DNA of 20,000 bases from an uncultured virus (IMG/VR IMGVR_UViG_3300028569_000032) (lineage: Duplodnaviria; Heunggongvirae; Uroviricota; Caudoviricetes): the IMG/VR virus record IMGVR_UViG_3300028569_000032. One strand, 5' to 3'. The notes below the pieces were generated by a model. It searched no databases. It worked only from the letters and a program-made list of their open reading frames with translations, and had not been told where the DNA came from. This document shows, piece after piece, positions 6,951-14,481 of the stretch. A program made the translations under genes and the position numbers. Positions within the stretch are counted from its first letter, which is position 1, and each line of letters starts with the position of its first letter.

Positions 6951-9119
6951 TTATGCAGCGTTGCGGAAGAGAGTTGGATGTCTCTCCGAAAGCTGACGAT
7001 GATATCGTGACAGGATCATAAATCCTGCCTCAAGCTCCTCAGGCGTTTCAAGACCAGCCGTGAGAAGGCAATGTGCAACAGCAGCGTCAGGCTTGTTAAA
7101 GCCTTGACCATCACGCTGAACAGCACCGTCACAAACATTCAGCATGAAGCTGAATGCTTGGCGGACCTGTTCGCTCCTCTCAGGAGTGAGAGGAAGCATC
7201 TGGCGTGACATCCTTGCTGATTCACGGGCATGAATCCCAGAAACACGACTCTTGGCGTATTCCTTTGCCTTGCGCTGTTCTTCAGCAGCATTGTTGGCCT
7301 CCATTTGGGCAACACGCTGCATGCGAGCCTGAAACTCCTCTTCGGTTTCACCTTGAGGATCTGCATTGACAGATCGACCCTGATTGACTTCGCCCTGAAT
7401 AGACTGGTCAATCGAACGATTGATCGTGTCAATCTTATCGACCAGCATATTCTGGATGTGAATGTCAAGTGGGTGATCACTCACCATACGGATGATTTCG
7501 ACCGTATTGGCAGTCTGACCAATTCGGCAAATCCGGTCTTCAGCCTGCCAGTTGGAAGCAGGAGTCCAATCCAGATCGACGAAGAGAGCCTTATGAGCAC
7601 GGGTCAGAGTAAGACCCACGCCACCAGCACGGATGCTGATACCAACACCCTTCAGGCGACCAGCCTGAAAATCATCAACAATTTGTTGACGGCGTTCAGG
7701 TTTCACATCACCTGTAATGATTGCCCATCCATCACGACCAATAAGAGCGTCGAGCGGAGCGAGGTGAGCGGAGAAAACCAGAAGTGGGCATTCCTGCTCT
7801 TCTGCGTTTTCCACATAATCGATCATCGCTTCGATCCGTGACTCAGCCAGATCTGCACGGATGGAAGCGAATTGGTGGAAAGGAGGAAGTGAGCCAGAAT
7901 TCAAGATGAATCCTTCCCATCCCTTCCACATTTCATCCAGCTTTGCCGTCAGGCGAGAACTGGTTTCACCAACAACCAAAGGCGTGTAAGTCTTAGCAGG
8001 AATCTGCTTAAGCACTTCACTCCTACGGCGGCGAAGCATAACACGGCGGAGCAATTCCGGGACAATCGGATTTGGCTTGCCATATTCAATGCCATATCCA
8101 TTGTGGATGGCATTGAAAAGAGATTGAAAGCGTTCAAAGCTTCCAAAAACTTCCTTAGCGACACCGACAGTGTCGAGAACACCAAACAAATCGTCAGGAC
8201 GATTTGTCAAGGGACTACCAGTCAGGGCAGTGGTCTTGGCAGTCATCATGCCAATTTCCTTTACCTTGCGGGTGCGAGCCGCTTTGCGGTTTTTATAATC
8301 GTGAGCCTCATCAATGATGAGTTGAGTGCTGGCAGCATCAGGGTTGTTAGCCTTGAGTTCATCACGCCATGCTTGGAGGCGAGCAAAATAAACATCATTG
8401 CTTTCGGTACGAGCCTTGTTAGGTCGTTTGTTGAACTCGTCAGGCAAAATGTCATTGTTGATGATGACAAGTTCGCCAGATTTCGGCCAACGGAAGTTGT
8501 TGCGTCCATCGAGGACGACTGGAGTCAGATCTTTGCGCCACTTCTGGCACTCATTCTTCCAGTTATATTTCAGGCCAGCACGGCATATTACCATGGCAGC
8601 GCCACCCTTGGGGATAATCATTAGGCTCATGGCAGATTTGCCAAGGCCCATCTCGTCTCCCAGCAATGCTTTGCGCTTCTGGGAAAGCCAATCTACACCT
8701 TCGACCTGAAAGTCGTAGAGGCCAGCTTCCTGAGCCATTTTGGCCTGATCACAGATCTCTGTGACCCTAAGAGTAGGAGCGACTTCGAGGCCAATCTTGT
8801 CAGCAACTTCGAGGATTCTCCTACGATCTGCCAACTCTGTGCTTACAGACCAGCATTTTTCGTTGGCATTCCAACGAGCGCCGGGAAGTGACTTGACAAG
8901 AGGAAGATTAGCTGCTTCGTAAGGCATGATGATTTTGCCATCGCTGGTCAAAACCCTTACTTGCTTCTGAGTTGGTGCCGCACCAATTCTTTCTGGGCAG
9001 CATGTTTTGCACCAGACAACGTAACGGTTGTCGATTTTCTGAGTAAAGCCTTCGTTGGCTGCAACCTTTGCATTGCAGTTACGGTTGTTGCACTTGCCAG
9101 CAAATCGGTTCTGGAACAT
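6951..9119 (-). CDS. SNF2-family (SMARCAL1/HARP-like) helicase/translocase with N-terminal Zn ribbon (722 aa)
   Basis: LYDFQVEGV, GDEMGLGKS (Walker A), IIDEAH, TGSP, AGGVGLTL and QAEDRICRIGQ motifs; N-terminal CNNRNC...CKTC; HARP-like LPGARWNANEKCWSV; start moved to ATG 9119 (GGAG RBS). Confidence 0.9.
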   Translation of the reverse strand: MFQNRFAGKCNNRNCNAKVAANEGFTQKIDNRYVVWCKTCCPERIGAAPTQKQVRVLTSDGKIIMPYEAANLPLVKSLPGARWNANEKCWSVSTELADRRRILEVADKIGLEVAPTLRVTEICDQAKMAQEAGLYDFQVEGVDWLSQKRKALLGDEMGLGKSAMSLMIIPKGGAAMVICRAGLKYNWKNECQKWRKDLTPVVLDGRNNFRWPKSGELVIINNDILPDEFNKRPNKARTESNDVYFARLQAWRDELKANNPDAASTQLIIDEAHDYKNRKAARTRKVKEIGMMTAKTTALTGSPLTNRPDDLFGVLDTVGVAKEVFGSFERFQSLFNAIHNGYGIEYGKPNPIVPELLRRVMLRRRRSEVLKQIPAKTYTPLVVGETSSRLTAKLDEMWKGWEGFILNSGSLPPFHQFASIRADLAESRIEAMIDYVENAEEQECPLLVFSAHLAPLDALIGRDGWAIITGDVKPERRQQIVDDFQAGRLKGVGISIRAGGVGLTLTRAHKALFVDLDWTPASNWQAEDRICRIGQTANTVEIIRMVSDHPLDIHIQNMLVDKIDTINRSIDQSIQGEVNQGRSVNADPQGETEEEFQARMQRVAQMEANNAAEEQRKAKEYAKSRVSGIHARESARMSRQMLPLTPERSEQVRQAFSFMLNVCDGAVQRDGQGFNKPDAAVAHCLLTAGLETPEELEAGFMILSRYHRQLSERHPTLFRNAA

Positions 9120-9187
9120 TTCATCTTCTCCGTGAGTGTTTCTTGTTCTCTTACCATCCGTCAACGGAGGACGGATTTCTTATAATT

Positions 9188-9218
9188 ACTACTCGGTCGG
9201 ACTTGCACTCTGACATAA
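9188..9218 (-). repeat. 31-bp dispersed intergenic motif, copy 1
   Basis: ACTACTCGGTCGGACTTGCACTCTGACATAA on the + strand; identical to 9294-9324 and 28/31 identical to 13653-13683. Confidence 0.95.
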
Positions 9219-9293
9219 CGAGTTTTCTTGATATTTTCTGATATTTTATTCTATCAGAAATTTCTCGTTATAATCCTTGTTGTCCTTCAAATG

Positions 9294-9324
9294 ACTACTC
9301 GGTCGGACTTGCACTCTGACATAA
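9294..9324 (-). repeat. 31-bp dispersed intergenic motif, copy 2
   Basis: Exact direct repeat of 9188-9218, separated by 75 bp. Confidence 0.95.
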
Positions 9325-9331
9325 TGATTTA

Positions 9332-9359
9332 ACTGTAATTAAATTTTTGGAATTGTAAA
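9332..9359 (-). promoter_or_regulatory. sigma70-like promoter
   Basis: TTTACA-16nt-TACAGT on the minus strand; predicted +1 is close to 9324. Confidence 0.4.
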
Positions 9360-9361
9360 GC

Positions 9362-9390
9362 AAAAAGCACCGGATTAATCCAGTGCTTTT
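9362..9390 (-). terminator. rho-independent terminator, possibly bidirectional
   Basis: AAAAAGCACCGGA-TTAA-TCCAGTGCTTTT hairpin flanked by A and T tracts, downstream of stop 9417. Confidence 0.7.
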
Positions 9391-9416
9391 ATTATTTTGT
9401 TTGATTGGTTGGCTTT

Positions 9417-9866
9417 TTACTTAAACTTAACAGCCATTTCGATAGGCTTGAGGTAAAACTGTATTATTGATGCTTCCTGAACTTCAAGGATTCTATCTAG
9501 ATTGACTTCGTTCTTGCTTGAGACTGTATGTGCTCTCAAAACATATCCTTCTGGTATTGGCATTTTAATGTCAATACTAGCAGATAGCCATTTATTGTCA
9601 TCTGTAAAAAAGACGCAAGATGCAATTCCTGCTTGTTCAAAACGGCTTATTGTCTTGTCGCCTTTTTTTTCATAGCGCACAATAAAAACTGGAGTTTCTT
9701 TGAACTCTTTCATGATCTTATCAGCAGCATTCCTTTTATAGAAAATCTTTTCCGATTCATTAATCGGACTTACTCCAACAGTCTCAATTTTCATAAAAGG
9801 TAAAACTGCGCTTGTCTTATCAGTTTTTACTTCTTGACCAAGGCATAAGAATAGAAAAAAAAGCAT
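9417..9866 (-). CDS. hypothetical exported protein (149 aa)
   Basis: Start moved to ATG 9866 (GGAGGA RBS); short hydrophobic N-terminus MLFFLFLCLGQ. Confidence 0.7.
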   Translation of the reverse strand: MLFFLFLCLGQEVKTDKTSAVLPFMKIETVGVSPINESEKIFYKRNAADKIMKEFKETPVFIVRYEKKGDKTISRFEQAGIASCVFFTDDNKWLSASIDIKMPIPEGYVLRAHTVSSKNEVNLDRILEVQEASIIQFYLKPIEMAVKFK

Positions 9867-9886
9867 AAGTCCTCCTCCAAACAAAT

Positions 9887-9926
9887 AAAAAAAACTTCAG
9901 GCAGGCTTTTGAGGGCTTGCCTGAAG
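9887..9926 (-). terminator. rho-independent terminator
   Basis: Stem CTTCAGGCAGGC/GCTTGCCTGAAG (9895-9926) followed by a long T-run on the minus strand, just after stop 9940. Confidence 0.8.
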
Positions 9927-9939
9927 CTTGTTAGTTAAG

Positions 9940-10212
9940 TCACTTCTTTTCTTGGATGACAATAGTTGTGTTGCGAGTTTTCCACTTTCCGAAAAGACCA
10001 CGCTTTTCTTCAACAACTAGAGTTGCTGGGGATGTGCTGGTCTTGGTCACTACTTCAGTCTTGATGACTTCGACTGGGCTTGTGACGATTCGATAACGGC
10101 TTGGCTTGGCCACGACGACAACTTCAGTTGTCTTAGCGGCCTGAGCCTTCTCGTCGCCAGCAAAAGCGACAGAAGCAGCAAGAATTCCGAAAACAGCAAT
10201 AATCTTCTTCAT
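9940..10212 (-). CDS. small secreted protein with Sec signal peptide (90 aa)
   Basis: MKKIIAVFGILAASVAFA|G is a classical signal peptide; GGAG RBS before ATG 10212; Val/Thr-rich mature region. Confidence 0.75.
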   Translation of the reverse strand: MKKIIAVFGILAASVAFAGDEKAQAAKTTEVVVVAKPSRYRIVTSPVEVIKTEVVTKTSTSPATLVVEEKRGLFGKWKTRNTTIVIQEKK

Positions 10213-10285
10213 GAGAGACTCCAAATTGTGCCAAGTTCGTCAACCGTGACATTTATGGCACAGAATCAATATACCGTAATTTCAA

Positions 10286-10528
10286 TCAAGAAACAACTAC
10301 TTTTTTTAACTGCTCATCGATCTGATTAACGAGATCACTAAAACTAAGTATTTGACAATCTTCACGAAGACGGACACTAAAATGGTCTTCGACACAGAAT
10401 AATATATCCATCATGTCCAAGCTATCAAGAGACTTGAAGTTCTCATCCCAGTCACTAATATCTTTGACTGGGCCAACACACAATCTATCACTTAAAAGCT
10501 TAGAAACAATAGCACTAGTATCATCCAT
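10286..10528 (-). CDS. acpP: acyl carrier protein-like (80 aa)
   Basis: Small acidic protein with LDSLDMMDILFCVEDHF, matching the ACP phosphopantetheine site (DSL) and helix II; start moved to ATG 10528 (AGGAG RBS). Confidence 0.8.
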   Translation of the reverse strand: MDDTSAIVSKLLSDRLCVGPVKDISDWDENFKSLDSLDMMDILFCVEDHFSVRLREDCQILSFSDLVNQIDEQLKKVVVS

Positions 10529-10553
10529 AATAAGCTGCTCCTGTTTGGCTAAA

Positions 10554-11411
10554 TCAATTATTTTTAACAAGATTATTTAGCTTCAATGGAATTGGCTGCA
10601 TGCACATTTGCTGAAACATATCAACAAATTTGAAAAGCTTAATTCCTTTTGGAAGTTTGCACTTATAGATGTGAATATAATGCTCAAACTTTTCATTGAA
10701 AATAGGAGTGCCAATGTGATTTTGGACTACTTCTTCCAATTTAGCTTGATGCTTTTGATCGATCATGTTATTTTCAACAAGTTCTTTGATCAAAGTAAGA
10801 CCTCTTTCTTTAGCATCAGTCCATTCTGGATGATGATAAGAAAATAAGTCTATAACTTTATATCCAGAAGCGATCAAGACTTTTAGTGCAGCACGACCTG
10901 AGTGAAAAATAAACTTTTCAGGAGACATTTGTTTTGCTTCTTCTGCAACAGATTCATCTTCAAAGATATGGCATTTAGCAGTATCTTTGCTCATGATTTC
11001 TTTAAGTTTTTCAGGCATATCTCCTCCAATCTCTACATAACTCCTGATTTCTTTTTCCCAATGAATTTCTTCATTGATGAAATTATAAGGCATGATTGCC
11101 ATTTCAACTTTTTTGTCCTTCGTGATTTGATGGCAAATAATACAATCTTTCTTTGTCTGATCTTTACCTTCAAGACGAATTGTGGCATCAAAGCCAACAG
11201 TTAAACTATTTGGGTCGAAACCAATCTTGCTGATAATAGCCGCTTTTGTGGCTAAATCCTTGTTCATGTTTGGAGAAATAATAATGGCAACAGGAGATTC
11301 GTCCCTCTCGACAACAACAATTGGCAACATACTTTGATCGTTGCTCTTTTTCACAACCTGTTCCTTTTGGGCCCTCAGAAAAGAACAAACCTGCTCAATA
11401 TCAAAAGACAT
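10554..11411 (-). CDS. hypothetical protein (285 aa)
   Basis: Start moved to ATG 11411 (AGGAG RBS, downstream of a promoter at 11446-11474). Confidence 0.75.
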   Translation of the reverse strand: MSFDIEQVCSFLRAQKEQVVKKSNDQSMLPIVVVERDESPVAIIISPNMNKDLATKAAIISKIGFDPNSLTVGFDATIRLEGKDQTKKDCIICHQITKDKKVEMAIMPYNFINEEIHWEKEIRSYVEIGGDMPEKLKEIMSKDTAKCHIFEDESVAEEAKQMSPEKFIFHSGRAALKVLIASGYKVIDLFSYHHPEWTDAKERGLTLIKELVENNMIDQKHQAKLEEVVQNHIGTPIFNEKFEHYIHIYKCKLPKGIKLFKFVDMFQQMCMQPIPLKLNNLVKNN

Positions 11412-11445
11412 GTAATTCTCCTGTTCGTGTTTCCAATGCAGCTTC

Positions 11446-11474
11446 ATTGTACAGTAAAAAATATTTATTGTAAA
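11446..11474 (-). promoter_or_regulatory. sigma70-like promoter
   Basis: TTTACA-17nt-TACAAT on the minus strand, in the gap after the uvsE stop. Confidence 0.65.
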
Positions 11475-11475
11475 A

Positions 11476-12372
11476 TCAAACTGCAACCTCAGAAATTAAT
11501 TTGGCGATTGCAACTTCTTTTGCTTTTGCTTCGACTTCAACAGTTATTTTCTGTTCAAGCCAAAAACGAGGGAAATCACTAGCATTGATATAATCATGAT
11601 GACTTCTTTCATCTAAATGATCATAACCGCTGATAGGACTTGAAATATGGAAAAGAGGTTCTCTATTCCATGTCTTGATAGCAAGATCAGTAGCCTCTGA
11701 ACAAGAAAATTCATCTGGATTGCAACGATGATGGTGAACATCGTAAACAAGAGGAATTCCTATATTATCACAAAAAGGCAACAGATCACTTGGAGTGTAA
11801 CTAGTGTCATCATTCTCAACTGTGAGAAGCTTTCTTGCCCTATAACTCAGCTTGTTGAAATTATTGGCGAATAATTTCAAAGCTTCTTCCTTGCCATTGA
11901 CGGCTGATCCTCCGTGAATGTTAACAACATCTGCTCCAACCCATTCAGCAACTTCTGATTGATATTCGATTTCCCTGATACTTGCCTCATTAACATCAGG
12001 ATAAATCGAATTCAACAAAACGAACTGGTCAGGATGAAATGTTGTCCTCACATCGTTCTCTTTTGCATATTGACCTGCTTTAACGAAAGCTGAAATGATT
12101 TCCTTGTAGTCTGGTATTTCCTCAATGTTATATCCAGCCTGAGGATGTGTCTTGATTGGAAGGATTCGGCTATTGATTCGGAAGCATCCTATATTATTCT
12201 TCTTACAAAAAATTAAGGCTTCCATGAGTGACTTGGTATTTTCCAAGCAGAGAGCCGAAATCTTTTTAAGTGCTTCTTTCCGATCAAGTTTAAGAATATG
12301 CGTGACTGTAGTGGTTCTAAACTTGATTGGTTCTTGGAGAAAAACACAACAAAGGCCAAAGCGAATATTCAT
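11476..12372 (-). CDS. uvsE: UV DNA damage endonuclease (UvsE/UvdE family, 298 aa)
   Basis: RFGLCC, FRINSRILP, HPDQFVLLNS, NIHGG, LTVENDD, VYDVHHH, FHISS, HHDYI and EVEAKAKE motifs; start moved to ATG 12372 (AGGA RBS). Confidence 0.92.
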   Translation of the reverse strand: MNIRFGLCCVFLQEPIKFRTTTVTHILKLDRKEALKKISALCLENTKSLMEALIFCKKNNIGCFRINSRILPIKTHPQAGYNIEEIPDYKEIISAFVKAGQYAKENDVRTTFHPDQFVLLNSIYPDVNEASIREIEYQSEVAEWVGADVVNIHGGSAVNGKEEALKLFANNFNKLSYRARKLLTVENDDTSYTPSDLLPFCDNIGIPLVYDVHHHRCNPDEFSCSEATDLAIKTWNREPLFHISSPISGYDHLDERSHHDYINASDFPRFWLEQKITVEVEAKAKEVAIAKLISEVAV

Positions 12373-12380
12373 GTCCATCC

Positions 12381-12394
12381 TAAATATATATAAA
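12381..12394. promoter_or_regulatory. possible bidirectional TA(A/T)ATA promoter core
   Basis: TAAATATATATAAA fills the 31-nt gap between divergent start codons 12372 and 12404. Confidence 0.4.
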
Positions 12395-12403
12395 GGGGTG
12401 AAA

Positions 12404-12640
12404 ATGCGTGACACAATCTTTTTCATAATTGGTTTAATCATTGTCTTTGCCATGGGATTCGCAGGAATTTACGATTACTACTTGTTCATGACAAATCAAA
12501 CCACTTTTTCAACAGTTGTCCGTGAATATGCAACAATCAATGCCAACAGACCGTGCCTATTTGTTTTTATAGGCACAGTCATTGGCTTAATTGTCGGTCT
12601 TATTCTAGGATTTATTCTCGGCCATTTGTTCTGGACATGA
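12404..12640 (+). CDS. small 2-TM membrane protein (78 aa)
   Basis: Start moved to ATG 12404 (GGGGTG RBS); two long hydrophobic helices; ends in GHLFWT; 3' end overlaps the convergent sigma gene by 29 nt. Confidence 0.65.
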   Translation: MRDTIFFIIGLIIVFAMGFAGIYDYYLFMTNQTTFSTVVREYATINANRPCLFVFIGTVIGLIVGLILGFILGHLFWT

Positions 12641-13598
12641 CCAATGCAACTTTTTCTTTAGCCCTTTCAAGAATTTGAGAAATCCTCATCTTGCTTACAT
12701 TTTTTTCAGTAACTGGAGAAACATACTTCTTAACAATTTCTGACTGCCAACCACGATGAGGCTCCATAGCTATTTCGATGAGTTCTCTTTCGATGGGATT
12801 CAAGTCACTACGATCAAGGATTTCCTTGACATAGATGTTTTCAATGACTAATTGCACATGTTGAACATCATTCGATGGTCTACGAAATGAGGTGTAATCA
12901 TCAGTCCCACCAACATCGCTGCTTTCCACTGACATATTAGTGGCATTAATAGCTTTCCTGAGAATGTCACAGAGGTGTAAAGCATCATCTTTTGAAAGAT
13001 TCATTGTCTGAATGATTTCTTCTTCTGAAGAGTCATCATCAGTATTCCTTTTAGCTTTATTATAAGATACCAACAATTTCTTACTAGATTCGTTGAGACT
13101 GCTGAAGAAACTTCCTTGATCGTTGACAACATTTGTCAGGTGTCTATCCAGAGAAACGAATAAGATTGTCATAAGGCTTCCTCCGGATTCTGGGTTCCAT
13201 TGATACATTGTTTCAAAAATCTTGAAGTAGCATTCTTGCAACAGGTCTTGAATTGTGAGTCCGTTTCCTTCATTCCTAGACCACTTGTGTGCAGTCTTAT
13301 TGGCAACTCCAGAAAAACCTTCCAAAACAGTCTGTTCGATATCACGATTTCCAAGATCTGCTCTAACTTGACGAAGTGAAGCAATCTTCTTGGCATCGTC
13401 AAGAAGTTCCTGCTTCCTATCTTCAGGAACAGAAATGTCATGAGGCTTTACAAACATATTGGTTCGGAGTTCACGAAACCTGACAGGAACGATTGCTTTC
13501 CATTTGCGAAGAATTGAGTTAATTTCTGCCAGAATCTGACATACAATGGTGTTTTCAGTTTCGTTCATCTTACGATAGTTAATCTGGGCAAATTCCAT
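12612..13598 (-). CDS. divergent sigma70-family RNA polymerase sigma factor (328 aa)
   Basis: Region 2-like TIQDLLQECYFKIFETMYQWNPESGGSLMTIL; region 4-like LNPIERELI...VSKMRISQILERAKEKV; start moved to ATG 13598 (AAGGAG RBS). Confidence 0.7.
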   Translation of the reverse strand: MEFAQINYRKMNETENTIVCQILAEINSILRKWKAIVPVRFRELRTNMFVKPHDISVPEDRKQELLDDAKKIASLRQVRADLGNRDIEQTVLEGFSGVANKTAHKWSRNEGNGLTIQDLLQECYFKIFETMYQWNPESGGSLMTILFVSLDRHLTNVVNDQGSFFSSLNESSKKLLVSYNKAKRNTDDDSSEEEIIQTMNLSKDDALHLCDILRKAINATNMSVESSDVGGTDDYTSFRRPSNDVQHVQLVIENIYVKEILDRSDLNPIERELIEIAMEPHRGWQSEIVKKYVSPVTEKNVSKMRISQILERAKEKVALVMSRTNGRE

Positions 13599-13652
13599 GT
13601 CTTGCACTCCTTCACAACCTACCGTCTTGTGGCCAAAATAGCACACACAGAC

Positions 13653-13683
13653 ACTACTCGGTCAGACTTGCACTCCAACATAA
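13653..13683 (-). repeat. 31-bp dispersed intergenic motif, copy 3
   Basis: ACTACTCGGTCAGACTTGCACTCCAACATAA has 3 substitutions versus copies 1 and 2; the flank TTCTGATATTTT is also shared with copy 1. Confidence 0.9.
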
Positions 13684-13710
13684 CCAGTTTTTCTGATATT
13701 TTTTAATATA

Positions 13711-14481
13711 ATGAAACCAAACTCATATAGCATTATGAAGAATCAACTCCTCATGCTTTCGATGCCGAACAACGGTTCTGATTGGCTGGTGAAAACTATA
13801 ACCAACTCACAAGATGGATGCAAGTACTTCAGGGAATTTTTTAATCCCGGCACAAACCCAAAATACTCTGATGCATTGGGAGAAGAATTTGGATGTGAAT
13901 ATATCACATTTTATAAAAATATACTTTCATTTGATCATTCTTCTTGTGAGCAAGTATACAGCAAGACTTGGAAGAAAGAGAACTACAACTTTGCGAAAGA
14001 AAATTATTCATTTCTCAAAGCAGAGTTTTACATTCAGAATTTTAATTGCTTTGGATTGGTCCGAAAAATTGAGAACTCATTGCCAGCAAATCGAAGAACA
14101 GAAGTCACAGGCTGGTATTTGTCAATTTATGAATCAATTTTGCACAATAAGATGTCTTTGCCAAAATTAATACAAGTAAAAATTGATCATTTTGCTTCTA
14201 AGAAAACAAGAATTGATGAAAAAGCAGTATTTGCTTTTTGTATATATCAGGAATTGCTAATCGCAACATGCAATCAATATAAAATACCTATTTTACAATA
14301 TGAAGATTTATTTGAATGTGATAATGAAGTATTAACTAAAATACTTATAAAGTTGAAAACTGGTATAAATTGCAACTATTGGGCTGATGAAATAGAAAAG
14401 ACCAGAAAAAAAACTACACATCATTTTAATATTTTAGATTGTAATTGGATTATAGAAACATATTGCTCTGTAAAGATTTAG
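13711..14481 (+). CDS. sulfotransferase-fold (Stf0-like) protein with atypical PAPS loop
   Basis: LLMLSMPNNGSDWL (cf. PRSGS/T), REFFNP, LVRKIENS and LQYEDL occur in the expected order; start may be ATG 13735. Confidence 0.55.
   Translation: MKPNSYSIMKNQLLMLSMPNNGSDWLVKTITNSQDGCKYFREFFNPGTNPKYSDALGEEFGCEYITFYKNILSFDHSSCEQVYSKTWKKENYNFAKENYSFLKAEFYIQNFNCFGLVRKIENSLPANRRTEVTGWYLSIYESILHNKMSLPKLIQVKIDHFASKKTRIDEKAVFAFCIYQELLIATCNQYKIPILQYEDLFECDNEVLTKILIKLKTGINCNYWADEIEKTRKKTTHHFNILDCNWIIETYCSVKI

Noticed and set aside
7139..9185. Multiple overlapping and antisense ORFs within the helicase gene
   Set aside because: Shadow ORFs expected in a GC-richer coding region; they show no recognisable motifs.
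9188..9218. tRNA fragment or attachment site (GTGCAAGTCC resembles a T-loop)
   Set aside because: There is no TTC, the T-stem does not pair in tRNA register, no cloverleaf forms and no integrase is nearby.
9188..9324. Mini CRISPR array (two 31-bp repeats)
   Set aside because: The spacer is 75 bp, AT-rich and self-complementary; a lone third copy lies 4.3 kb away in a gene leader; there are no cas genes in the window.
12152..12453. Long overlap between uvsE and the + strand 162-aa ORF
   Set aside because: It disappears when the RBS-supported starts 12372 (minus) and 12404 (plus) are used.
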